From positions 381,238,001-381,302,000 of the forward strand of contig OZ024741.1 of assembly GCA_964016885.1 (NCBI GenBank): DNA of 64,000 nucleotides, in the 5' to 3' direction. How positions within the stretch are numbered: position 1 is the first letter of the stretch; the number at the start of each line of letters is the position of its first letter. A model generated the notes under the pieces. The model was given only the letters and a program-made list of their open reading frames with translations. It was not told the DNA's origin and made no database searches. The DNA comes from Eledone cirrhosa. Its lineage: Eukaryota. This document shows, in pieces, positions 43,801 through 56,665 of the stretch. The position numbers and the translations under genes were made by a program.

Positions 43801-45139
43801 CATGATATATATTTCTGTTATATGACTAATTATGCGACATAATCAGACGATCATACAATCATTTGTCGCCGGTCACGTATTACCATCCAGTTGTGATGTC
43901 ACCAGACATATGAGTTACTGAATCTCTTTTGTTAGTAAGTGTTAATAGTAAATATATCCGCCTCCTGATTGGTTGAGGTTTCAGGCTCTGGGTAATGTTC
44001 CTATAGTTAATTGTTGACAGATATACTGTTACATCTCAGCTTGTGGTTTATTATTATGTCTGTTGTCTGTAATCCTCGTCATCATTATATCGGCGTTGCC
44101 GTTAGTCAGAGCAGCATTCGTTTCATTCCGCCGAAACCATGCACCGGTATTGTTACCGGAGAGAACAGAAGAGGAAAGAAGTTGCGGTTTGCTTTGATGA
44201 AGGCGGTAGCACCGCTGTTACTGTCAATAACAACTACCGTGACAACAACAACACCAATAAAGACGATGATAATGATGCTATGATTAATACTAACTAATTT
44301 AATATATATAAACTGTAGGTGATTCAATCAATTATTGACAACAAGCAATCGATACACTGGTAGAGTGTATATATTACAAAAGACATGAAGATTGGTTTAC
44401 ATGTATTTAGATCGTTATCGTGTATCGCCATGTTACGCGCGTTTCACAGATGATTCGCCAAGGGTCACCCATATGTGTTATAGAAGAGACGCAATTCTCA
44501 ATGCTATAATATACATATAGTGATTTTTGTGATTTGTGAGATTACGGGTTTATATATAGGCATCGAAGCTATTTTTGTGTGATGGGATACACTTAAATAT
44601 ATCGAGCATTAACAGGACAAAATTTGTAAAACCATTGAAGAATATATATCTATTTCCAAAAGATGGCATATTTAAAATGTAAATACCTACATTTCAGTAA
44701 TTATTCATATCCTTGCATGGATATTCTCTTGTTTCTTATGAATATGTTTCACGAATAAAATGCCTGAGTTCAATAATCAATCCAGCGAACATCACTGCAA
44801 GATTAATTGATACTTGAGCTCACACGGCCAAAGAAAAATCCGGAACTGAAGTAAAATGCGCATGGTAAAAATCATTACAGGTAATCATTGTCCCGCGGTG
44901 ACGTGTAATAAATATTTATAGCTAGGAATAGCAGCCAAAATCTTTCAACATTCGTGAAACATATTCTGAAGCAGTAATAGAATATGTATGCAAAAATAGG
45001 AATAATTATTGAAATATAGGTATTTAGATATTTACACTTTAAATATGCTACCTTTTAAAATGAAATCTATGATCTTATATGATTTTACAGACTTTCTCTT
45101 TAATGCATGATACATTTAAGCATATTTTAATAGTTTTCA

Positions 45140-45205
<66 letters not shown>

Positions 45206-46271
45206 TATGTATGTATATATACCTGTGTGTGTGTGTGTGACAATATTTGCAAATAAAAAATTGGCGCGTTGAGTGAGTTAAATGCTTCGAAAATATAGGA
45301 CACAGCTTAGAAAATTGGGTAAAATACACCCTACGGCCAGAAAAAGTGGCGAGCAGCACCTACAGAGAACCGAAATCTGCACAGCACAAATTCCAGCTGA
45401 GCACTGTGTACCATTCTGTTAAACGACCCTTGATGACAGTTATCGTCTTAAATAAAGCTTAATATCAGCTTTTCAATGTGACAACATTTATAAAGCAACA
45501 CTGGATCATCGCGTGAGATTTACTCAGTTTTATAAGTTGTGATCACAGCTAGTTTCCTATGCTTGAGATTTTTTTCCATTTTCTAATCATTTCAACATAC
45601 CCAGCGTTCCATTTTTATACAAATATTGTCACATTGATATTGTTTTTATTTCCCACGGTAGCTGTCGTTAACGGTTCATTTAGGTCAATGGTACTGAGTT
45701 CGATTCTCTTCTAAACATAGGGGCATCCTGCACCATAAAAGCAGTTTTCCAAGAGATAATGAAATGTACAAAACTGCTTATTCATTTCTGCCTCCGCTCA
45801 CTCTCCTGTTTATTCCTATTTCTTCTTTAATTTCTCATTCCAGTTGCTGGTGTAGGATTAGCCTCGAAAACATTGTCCATTTTCCTATAATTTTTTGCGC
45901 GAAACTAATATACTTCATCATTGTACTTCATCATCTGGTTTATTGTTTCCTTTACGTTTCACATATATGTATACACATACTCATCCACATACATACAAAC
46001 AAACAACCACCACACACACAAACACACACATATATATTTATGTATATATGGTTATAGATATGTGTGTGTGTGTGTGTGTGTGCGTGTGTGCGTGTGTGTG
46101 TATGTGTGTGTGTGTGTGTTCGTGTGTGTGTACCGTTTTTTTTATTTGCTTTTTAAAACTTCTCATTCTGACACCATTCTTATTTCGTGAATATATAAGT
46201 GTACGCATGTATGTATGCATGTATGTATTATGTATATATTATGCATGTATGTATGTATGTATGTATGTATG

Positions 46272-46305
<34 letters not shown>

Positions 46306-46329
46306 TGTATGTATGTATGTATGTATGTA

Positions 46330-46745
46330 GGGAGAGATGACGCCTTAGCCTTCGTCAAGGCAGAATTCTAGGAGAAGGAAAACTCTGATATAACACCTGC
46401 AACCCTGATGGTATCCAATGATGTTGACTTGTTCTTCTTTTTGGTAAATATCATCTTGGTTAAGAGAGTGGGACTGGCTTTGTGCAGTGCCTTTGCTCAC
46501 TATAAAAGCTTCACGGCACAGGCATTGCTTTATATCTGGAGATCTCTCTGCACTTGTCATCACATGGTACCATGGGCCCAGCACTATGTGTCAATAATTG
46601 TCACAAGTGTAGTGTTTGTACCAGAGTTTTCCAGTCGCTGGCTGGACTAAAAAGTCACACTCGTTCAGCGCATCGGTAGGGGTTCTCCTACATGGATATA
46701 AAGTAGTGGCCGTACTCGAAAACGAGTTGGCAGCCACCATGCATG
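46330..46745 (+). mobile_element. bipartite RTE-derived SINE
   Basis: highly similar to 49368-49777; RTE-like 5' motifs, zinc-finger remnant and gtggccgtactcgaaaacgag tail; in (TATG)n. Confidence 0.8.
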
Positions 46746-47129
46746 TATGTATGTGTGTATATATGTATCATTGCATATATGCATGTATGTGAGTATGAAT
46801 GTATATCTGACCGTCTATTAAAGAGACAACATATAGCGCTGGTACTGAGATTCTCAGCTCTGTGAAGAAAGCCCATCAGGATTAGTTTATTAACACTGAG
46901 ATAGAAAATATGATGCAGGAGAGAATGGTTTTGTTGATCCTTCTTAATGACTGGCATCATCATCTGGTGGGGAATCGACTGTCAGGCGGCTTGAAGGCAA
47001 TCAAATTGCGTACATGTAGAAGGTTTGTGAAAGAAAGGGTGTATGTTAGAATAAGAAGTTTTATGAGATTCAGACTGCACCAGTCTCCCATAACACAAAA
47101 CAATTATACACTCTCTTGAGTAACATTTA

Positions 47130-49165
47130 CGGACCAGTTTCTTCCCTGATCGCGCCTCTCCGTAGAAAGTGACAATATATTTATTATGTTTTTACTCTAC
47201 CTTCGAATGTTGATCAGGATTCTATAAGGAATCTTTCGTGAAACCCTGTGAAACATGCCTTGGCTAATGCTCCGTCATTTAAGATTGTGCAGAGATTAGG
47301 AACTAAAGTAAATAGTGGCAAATCTGCCGGAATAGACTGAGCTAATGAGGAACCTTTGAAAACTGGAAGTGAGAACCTACTAAAACAGCTTCATGTCATC
47401 ATACGTGACATCTTTATTATCCACTCTGTTTCCACTGATTACCGGGATGTTCTCATTGTTATCTTCTATAAGAGTAAGTGCAGTAAAGAAGATGGAGCAA
47501 CTATCGCGACACCTTGCCCTTTATGTCAGGGATGATTTTTAAGGTCATTTTGAAGGAGATGGTACTATTGACATAATCGTTCCTGCAAACGCAATGCAAA
47601 TGCAGTACTTAAAAACCGGGTATGGAATTCTACCAGTTGTTTGTTGATCTTACTAAAATATTTAAACACGACAAAAAAAGAGGGGTTGTAGAGAACATTG
47701 GAGGAGGTTGGGTGTTTAATATTTCTGAGTAGTGTTCTGAAAGTCTCTCACAACGCCATAGCTGCTTACATAAATGAGAGGGAATAGTTTTCTGAACCAA
47801 TAAACGTCCCGAATTGAGTGAAACAGAGAGATATTCCTGCTCCTAAATTGTCTGCTTTATACTCCGCAATGGTTTTTAAACTAACTTTTGTCGACTGCAG
47901 CCCTGGTGTTTATGTTTACTATTGAACAACTGGAAGTTTTTCACTATTTGTCTTTTAATTCAAAGAAAAATATGTTTTCGATATTGCTGAAGCATCTACC
48001 TTATGCTGATGATTATGACTTTGAAGCTGACGTAGAAGATGATATGCCACATCTGACGGATGATTTTGCGAAAGCTTGCACCGTGGTGTTGCTGCAATCT
48101 CTGACTGGAAATCATTATAGAGAAGCTTAGAGTTGTCGAAAACTGTGTTTACCTGGGAAAAACCGTCAATAGGTCTTGCAACTTGGTCGATGAAGTGAAG
48201 CACATGATTGGCAAGATTTAGGTGCGTCTATGTTCCCAACTTGTTATCAACCTGCAGACGAAAGTAATAGTATACAATGCATGTGTTCTTACCTTCTTTC
48301 TGAACGTTTGTGAAACATTTGTAACTTACATGCATCACAAATGGCTTGAATGCTTTAACCAAATGTGTTCCAGGAAGATTGTTGGTTTTGACTGAAGACA
48401 CCACGTGAGTGACAGCGGTATTCTAGAGAGAAAACATTGATATAACATTGAATGCCTGGTTCTGAAAAACAGGCTGAGGTGGAGTGGTCACGTAGTACGT
48501 ATGGATGACAGGTGGCTTCACAAACAATGTTTCACAGTGACCTGGTCGTTGAAAATCACCACCTCATAAACCCAGGATGAAACTCTCATGAAAATCAAAT
48601 ACCCACCAGAATAGATATTGATTCATGTGAAACTGATGCTTCAGATAGAAGTAAATGGTGGAAGATGTGTTCGAGTCATCTCTAGTACAAAATAAAAATT
48701 CTAAAAAAAGATATCAAAAATCGTATTTTTTTAAAATTACCTACAAACCCACGTAGAAGTCTCAGATATTCAATATGCAGAATATCTGACATATTCTCCT
48801 TCATCAAGGCTGGCAAGTAAATTCATCTTCGTATTCATGAATATAGAACTCATTTCGATTACCAAATTGTAACTGGCAAGAATACAATATATTGTACACA
48901 CGCAGTACTTGTTACAAACAATACAGGTACGTTGGCAACCTATAAAAAAACATTAATGTCATGTGTAGAGCATGGCACACCTGCCAAGACTGTGAAAATC
49001 CCAGTAAAGCAGCTGCAAGTCTAAGCAGAGAATTCGTTTGCAAAACCCAGAAGACTGAAGCTAATGTCATTCTATCGCCATGCTTGATCGCGTATGGGTG
49101 TCATTAAGTATGTATGTATGTATGTATGTATGTATGTATGTATGTATGTATGTATGTATGTATGT
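47130..49165 (+). pseudogene. heavily decayed RTE LINE
   Basis: collinear similarity to 52680-54600 (e.g. LPYADDYDF vs LLYADDCDL); (TATG)n tail. Confidence 0.75.
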
Positions 49166-49774
49166 TATGTCAGGTCACCAGTTGGTGCTATGGATAACAT
49201 GTATCCCAGTACAACCCGTCTGATGGTCAGGTTGTTGACGACTAAACTGGCAACCCCACCAAGGTTTCTTGGTGAGGAGGGTGACTTTGGACATCCTGCA
49301 GGACTAAAAACAAAACCTGTCAAAGGGCAAAGGAGCTCTTAAGAGTCAACGGCCATCCAAAATCACCGGGAGAGATGACCCCTTAGCCTTCGTCAAGGTA
49401 GAATTCTAGGAGAAGGAAAACTCTGATATAACACCTGCAACCCTGATGGTATCCAATGATGTTGACTTGTTCTTCTTTTTGGTAAATATCATCTTGGTTA
49501 AGAGAGTGGGACGGGCTATGTGCAGTGCCTTTGCCGACTATAAAAGCTTCACGGCACAGGCATTGCTTTATATCTGGAGATCTCTCTGCACTTGTCGTCA
49601 CATGGTACCATGGGCCCAGCACTGTGTCAATAATTGTCACAAGTGTAGTGTTTGTACCAGAGTTTTCAAGTCGCTGGCTGGACTAAAAAGTCACACTCGT
49701 TCCACGCATCAGTAGGGGTTTTCCTACATGGATGTAAAGTAGTGGCCGTACTCGAAAACGAGTTGGCAGCGACC

Positions 49775-49805
<31 letters not shown>

Positions 49806-49860
49806 TGTATGTATGTATGTATGTATGTATGTATGTATGTATGTATGTATGTATGTATGA
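49166..49860 (+). mobile_element. longer bipartite RTE-derived SINE
   Basis: 5' part matches 8929-9122, 3' part matches 46330-46745; encodes the remnant HKCSVCTRVFKSLAGLKSHTRSTH; (TATG)n tail. Confidence 0.8.
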
Positions 49861-50589
49861 TAGATAGGACAACACACGCTGTCTTTTCGTGGGGTAAGTT
49901 TTTAATTAATTTTTGTATTCTGAAACATCAAAATACAACAATTTTTTGGTCACTGGACTCGGGAATGTCACGACAGAAGTTTGTGGAAGTTACACAAATA
50001 TCTTAGCATATTTTAGCAGAGCAATCCTTATTTATATTTCACATTTTACATTTACTTACATCTCAATATAACGTGGCTAAACTTCAAATTTTGCAAAGAG
50101 AAGAAAACGGTCAAATGAACTAGATACATCTCACTGTCCCCACCACCACAATAACGTCTACACTCTCTCCCCACCATCACATGTCATTACCATACCATAC
50201 CCTATCTAGACTAAAGTCATCGACCTGTTGTCAAACTCTCTGCTCTCTGTTGAATGTGTATATATATATATATATGTGTGTGTATGTATATGTGTGTATA
50301 TACATCACTCCCAGATTTCAACCCCAACATCTACAACACCAACAACACTGGCACTAATGTTTACAGCAACAACAGCTTCAGAATGAACTGAAGTGAACAT
50401 TTACAACAACAACAGCGGCATCAAAACATAAAAAAAGGAAGGGAAAAAAGAAAAACAAAAAACTCAAAATAACAAAACACACACGCACACAACACAACAA
50501 CAACATCAACTGCCACCACCACCACCACCGCCACCGCCGCCGCCATCACCATCACCAGCGACCGGGCCTTAAGAAAACAATTTTATAAT

Positions 50590-50740
50590 AATTTTTCTGC
50601 TTTTGGCACGGATCCAGCGACTGGTCAGCGCATCACTGGTACTCTCTTTTGTTGACTCCGTGGGGATGAAGGGCAGGGTTGACCTCGGCGGGATTTGAGC
50701 TCAGACCGTGGAGAGCCATAACTCTATGCTGTAAAGCAAT
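50590..50740 (-). mobile_element. SINE fragment
   Basis: ggatgaagggcagggttgacctcggcgggatttgagctcag is the reverse complement of the SINE core. Confidence 0.65.
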
Positions 50741-50951
50741 TATAATAATACTGGACTGTAATACGATCGGCTTCAACTATACAAACTCTTGAAAGTCAAC
50801 AGTTGACATAATCTTGTAATCTTGTATCAGTAATGACGGTAATGTATATATATATATACATATATGTGTGTGCGTGTAAGTGAGTAGAGTAGCGTGTGTG
50901 TGTGTTTGTTTGTATGTATGAGTGTTGCTGTGTGCGCGCATATGTATGCGT

Positions 50952-53900
50952 ACTGGATGCCCGATCGCGCAGTTAAACCACGGGGAGTGAAGAACCCCTA
51001 GCCCTTGTCAGGGCATTCTCCTAGGAGAAGGCATATCAGGAAACTGGGTTAACTCCGATATAAAACCTGCGGCTCAGTAGTTACCGAGGATGTTGATCTT
51101 TTCTTCTTTTCGGGTTATAGCTACTGTCGCTCAGAGAGTGGGATTGGCTCAGTGCACAGTCTTTCCTCACTTTAAAAATATTCGTCACGCACAGGCATTG
51201 CACGAGTGCATTAATAATTATTAATAGTGTACTATTTTTATTATTATTATTATTACTATTATAATTACTTTTTTTTTTTTTTTTCCCAATTCAATGATGT
51301 TCCAGAACAATGTAAAAGAGATAATTGGCAATTTAGGTTCTGGAACAAAAAAGATCATTGGTAATAAGGGCAGGGGCCCCAAGTTATCACAGCCTGGGCC
51401 CGCTCGTCATCGTAACATTGTAATAGAGCCAAACAGGGCATTCAGTCTTGGCTGCTGGAACGTACGGACGCTGCTTGACAGGGATTCCTTGGAGCACCCT
51501 GAACGAAGGACCGCTCTTGTTCCAAAGGAGCTTCGACGTTACGATCTTGACATCGTGGCTTTATCTGAGACGAGGTTAGCTGGAGATGGTCATCTTACGG
51601 AATTTTGTGGAGAATACACATTCTTCTGGAAAGGAAGAGATGAAGGAACCAGAAGAGAGGCTGGGGTAGGATTTGCTGTTAAGACTGTACTTGTGAATAA
51701 ATTAGAAGAATTCCCAGTAGGGATTAGTGAGCGTCTTATGTCCATGAGAGTTCTGCTGGACAAGGGAAGACATGCTACCCTGGTGAGTGTGTATGCTCCA
51801 ACTATGAATTCTGTCGATGAAGAAAAACTGCCCTTTTATCATGACTTGAAAGGTGTTCTAAGAAATATCCCTCAGGCAGACAAAGTCATCGTGCTTGGTG
51901 ACTTTAATGCTAGAGTGGGTAGGGATTTTAACACATGGAATGTAATCGGAAGGCATGGGGTGGGAAAGTGTAACAGCAATGGTATGCTCCTGCTGCAGAT
52001 GTGTGAGGAGCTGGATCTGTGTGTTACCAACACCATGTTCCAACAAAAGAACAAATTCAAGACCACATGGATGCATCCTGCATCTAAGGAATGTCATCTT
52101 TTGGACTACGTCCTAGTCAGGATGCGTGACAAACAGGATGTGCAGTGTGTTCGTGTTCTTCGTGGAGCTGAGTTCTAGACGAACCACCGCCTGGTACGCG
52201 CAAAAGTGAAACTAATCACCAAACGTAAAATCCGGGCTCCTGGTGATGCCCTGCCCAAAAGATTGAATGCTGCTCGTCTTAAGGATAAAAATATGAAGAG
52301 GACATTGGAAGAAGAGATGCAGGCTGCAGATCTTGGTGAGGATTGGCCGACCCTTAAAAAGTCGGTTTAGGATGTAGGCAGGCGTGTTCTGGGATTGGTG
52401 CAGAGAAAACATCAGGACTGGTTTAATGAGAATGATGTACATATAGAAGACTTGTTGGCTGATAAGAGGCGTGCTCTGTCACGCTACTTGACGGCAAAAC
52501 CACAGGAGAGGAATACGTTGCATGAGAAGTTCATGGATGTAAAATCACGTGTTAGGCGGAGTCTTTCTCAGATGAAGGATCAGTGGTGGAGTGAGAAGGC
52601 TGGTGAGATACAAACTGCGTCTGATTCCAATAACACAAAGCTGTTGTACAGTCTCTTGCGTGAGGTTTATGGACCGTCTTCTTCTCTGGTGACACCGCTT
52701 CGCAGCAAGGATGGCAAGGAACTTCTTCGTGACTCACAGGGAATTCTACGAAGGTGGCGAGAGCACTTTGATGATCTTTTGAATCAGCCATCTGTCGTCA
52801 GTGAAGATTTCCTCAATCTCATTCCAGAAAGTCCTGTGAAAGTAGCTCTCGCAGAACCTCCGACGCTTGTGGAGGTTGCAGTGGCTATTTCGAAGCTGAA
52901 CAGTGGAAGATCTCCAGGTATGGATGGCATACATGCTGAGCTCCTACAATATGGTGGTGAGAGACTCCTGCAACATCTTCACTTTTTGTTTGGAAGGATA
53001 TGGGCTAATGAATCCGTACCTGAGGACTGGAGAGATGCAGTAATGGTGGTCTTGTACAAGGGAAAGGGTAACAGGAATGATTGTGGGAACTACAGAGGTA
53101 TATCATTGCTTTCTGTCGTAGGGAAGGTTTTATGTAGGGTGCTTCTGGACCGTCTGCTGACACACATTGCAGATTGTGTTCTTCCTGAAAGTCAATCTGG
53201 TTTTCGTGCTGGACGCGGCACTACTGATATGATCTTCTCAGCTAGACAGCTCCAGGAGAAGTGCATTGAACAAGGCTTGGATCTGTATCAGGTTTTTGTC
53301 GATCTGACAAAGGCTTTCGATACTGTCAACAGAGATGCATTATGGAAGGTTCTCCAGAAACTTGGTTGCCCTGATAAGTTCCTTGCTTTAGTTAGGTCTT
53401 TCCATGACGACATGAAGGCTTGGGTTAATGTCGGAGGTAACATGTCGGAGCCTATCTCAGTAAAAAATGGAGTGAAACAGGGGGATATTCCAGTACCGAC
53501 CCTGTTTGCCATATACTTTGCAATGGTTTTCTGTATTGCATTCAGAAATTGCGAGCATGGTGTTTACATACGATATCGAACCTCAGGCAGCATATTTAAC
53601 ATCAGGCGCTTTGCTGCGAAGACAAAAGTATTTACATCAATCATAAGAGACCTCTTGTATGCAGATGATTGCGATCTTGTAGCGCACACAGAGAGTGATA
53701 TGCAGCACATTTTGAATGCATTTTCTGACGCTTGCACTGCCCTGGGTTTGACTGTCAGTCTCAAGAAAACCGTCGTCATGTACCAACCTGACCCTAGAAA
53801 GCAGTACACTGAACCAAACATCTATGTGTATGGCAAACGACTTGGAGTGGTTGATCATTTTGTCTACCTGGGAAGCACTGTCAATTGATACGGCAACCTT

Positions 53901-54988
53901 GACAGTGAAATCTCACTTAGGATTAGGAAAGCAAGTGATGCTTTCGGAAAGCTAGAAAGGCGACTCTGGAGTCGGCGAGACATATGCAGGAGGACAAAGG
54001 TAAGGGTGTACAGGGCATGTGTACTCTCTTGTCTTCTTTATGCCTGCGAGACCTGGGTCACATATCGACACCACCTTAAGCAATTGGAGCGTTTCCATCA
54101 GATGTGTCTCAGACGGATCCATGGCGTTCACTGGAGGGACCACATCAGTGATGTCGAGATTTTGGAAAGCTCTGTGTGACAGTATAGAAGCTCTTGTGCT
54201 TAAGCAACGACTCCGTTGGAGTGGTCACCTTGCCAGGATGAAGGATTATAGAATACCAAAACAACTCTTCTATGGAGAGTTGATTAAAGGAAAACGACCG
54301 CCACATAAACCAAAAAAGAGGTATAAGGATTCATTGAAAGCCTCTCTGAAAGACGCTAACATCTCTGCTGATACATGGGAAAATATTGCTGCTGATCGTA
54401 ATAAATGGAGAAAGACTGTATATGAGGGAAAAGTTGCCTTTGAGGCATCTCGAATCGCACACGAGAAAGTAAAGCGGGATGTGAGGAAGGGCATTGCTGT
54501 TGCACTTCCAGACGGCGAGGGTCCTCCTATGGTGCTGACATGCAGCGTCTGTGCGAGACTCTGCCTAAGCAAAGCTGGACTCGAAAGTCATCTTCGCAGT
54601 CATAAAGTAAGACCAGTGGTTGACTACCAGGCTGCTGTTGGAGATGCTACTCATCATGCTTGCCAAACATGTGGTAGAGAATGTAAATCAGCAGGAGGGC
54701 TCAAGCGACATGCAAAAGTACACGAATTCCAACCACAGCTGACTACTGCCAGTGAATGTTTTGGTTGCCGACTCTGTGCAGGACATTTTAGATCATTGGC
54801 TGGGCTAAAAAGCTACATTCGATCGCAGCACTGTTAGTTGCTATCGTGTGTGTGTGTGTGTGTAGATATGCTTATGTGCGTGCGTGTGTGTTTATATATA
54901 TATGAATATGTATATTATTATTGTTGTTGTCGTTATTATTATTATTGCTATTATTATTATTAATAGTATTATTATTGTTATTAATGTA

Positions 54989-55031
<43 letters not shown>

Positions 55032-55058
55032 GTGTATGTATATATGTATGCATGTATA

Positions 55059-55089
<31 letters not shown>

Positions 55090-55229
55090 TAAATTTATTT
55101 ATTATTATTATTATTATTTTATTTTATTTATTTATTTATTTATTTTTATTTATTTATTTATTTATTTTTTCTTCTCGTGCAATGGCCATACTCGATAACG
55201 AGGGGGCAGCCATCATGTATGTATGTATG

Positions 55230-55290
<61 letters not shown>
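50952..55290 (+). mobile_element. near full-length RTE-clade LINE
   Basis: 5'UTR, single EN-RT reading frame with lesions, 3'UTR and (ATGT)n tail. Confidence 0.92.
51294..54837 (+). pseudogene. RTE ORF: APE endonuclease, RT and three C2H2 zinc fingers; stops at about 52176, 52368 and 53886, frameshift at about 54170
   Basis: WNVRTL, LSETR, VYAPT, GDFNA; NYRGISLL, QSGFR, FVDLTKAFD, GVKQG, YADD; CSVC..H..H, CQTC..H..H, CRLC. Confidence 0.9.
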
Positions 55291-55294
<4 letters not shown>

Positions 55295-55344
55295 GTGTAT
55301 ATATATGGGTGCATGTGTATATGCGCGGGGACATGAAATAGTCT

Positions 55345-55690
55345 GGCTGGAGACCCGGTCGCGCGGTTAAACCACTGGAAGTGAAGGACCCCTAGCCTTT
55401 GTCAGGGCATTCTTATAGGAGAAGGCAATTCACGAAACTAGGATAACTCCGATATAAAACCTGCGGCTCAGTAGTTACCGATGATGTTGATCTTTTCTTC
55501 TTTTCGGGTTATAGTGGCTGTCGCTCAGAGAGTGGGATTGGCTAAGTGCACAATCTTTCCTCAATTCAAAAAATATTTTCATGCACAGGCATTGCACGAT
55601 AGAATTAATTAATAATTTTTAATAATGGTATATCGTGCAATGGCCATACTCGATAACGAGGGGGCAGTCATCATCATGTATGTATGTATA
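55345..55690 (+). mobile_element. internally deleted non-autonomous derivative of the adjacent RTE
   Basis: 55345-55600 matches 50952-51205; 55633-55680 matches 55175-55220; the whole ORF is replaced by about 30 bp of AT-rich sequence. Confidence 0.9.
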
Positions 55691-55786
55691 TATATATGTA
55701 TGGGCGGAGGAACTCAGAAGAATCAAGGGACATCCAGTCAAGTATTTTTTTTGTTTGTTTTGTTAGTGGAGGAAGAGATTCCTAGT

Positions 55787-56045
55787 GTTCATTAATACAT
55801 CTCTCTAGGGGAAGATCACTCTGATATAAAACCTGCGACTTCGTTTGCATCCAATGATGTAGGCCAGTTCTTTTTTGGGGGTGAATGCATTCGATGTTCA
55901 CAGACAGGGATTGGTCCCGTGGAAAGACTTCAAGCACAATGCATGGCATTGCTAGCCATAGGCAAGTCCCTAGCAAGACTTGCTCATGCTTAACAATCAT
56001 GTGATGTCATTACTCGAATAGAGTTGCAATCATCATGTATGTATA
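55787..56045 (+). mobile_element. more diverged bipartite RTE-derived SINE
   Basis: ctctgatataaaacctgcg, gggattgg and cattactcgaatagagttgca-tcatcatgtatg motifs shared with the other copies. Confidence 0.65.
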
Positions 56046-56427
56046 AATGTATGTTTGTTTTAAATATACGATGTCTTCTGCTTTAATATTTATCATTTAA
56101 TTAATTGTGTTGCTAAACGAATGAATGACATGCAAATATAATCTGATCATTGCCTTTATGCTCTACATATTACTAGGCATAAACCGAACCGCTCTAAAGA
56201 TCACTCTGTAGACATAATCTGCGGAGACATTTATCTTCTCACGAAGAGACAATAATTTCCGAAACGCGTACAAATATTCTGAAGTCATCTGTCTACAGAG
56301 AAGAGTAAACAGTATATACACTTCATTAATTTCACAAGATATCTCATTTCAAACTTGCAGTCAGTTATAACTACATTAAACTTATCTTATATACGGCATT
56401 CTATGCAGATGATAAATTCTATGTGTG

Positions 56428-56480
<53 letters not shown>

Positions 56481-56571
56481 CGAAGGAAATGTGGTAAGGA
56501 ACCAGGTGGACCATAACGCACCAAAGTACTCAATACTTGAGGTAGTAGAGTGGGTAATAGGAACCAGTAAG

Positions 56572-56665
56572 ACCCCGACAGCTGAGCTCAAGCCGTTTCG
56601 ACGGCTAATTCTGGACTAAATGAAAATTTATCCTGGTATTTAAATAGCCGATCTTCTCAAGGAGT
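56572..56665 (-). ncRNA. hammerhead ribozyme, U3-A8 variant (intact)
   Basis: actcc-TTGAGAA-gatcggcta...tagccgtc-GAAA-cggct tgagctc agctg-TC-ggggt. Confidence 0.75.

Noticed and set aside
44420-44510. Minus-strand TTGAGAA...GAAA-cgcgcg-TA hammerhead-like string
   Set aside because: Stems I and II do not pair convincingly.
56190-56305. GAAA-cgcg-TA motif with a short inverted repeat
   Set aside because: Core and stem I are too degenerate to call.
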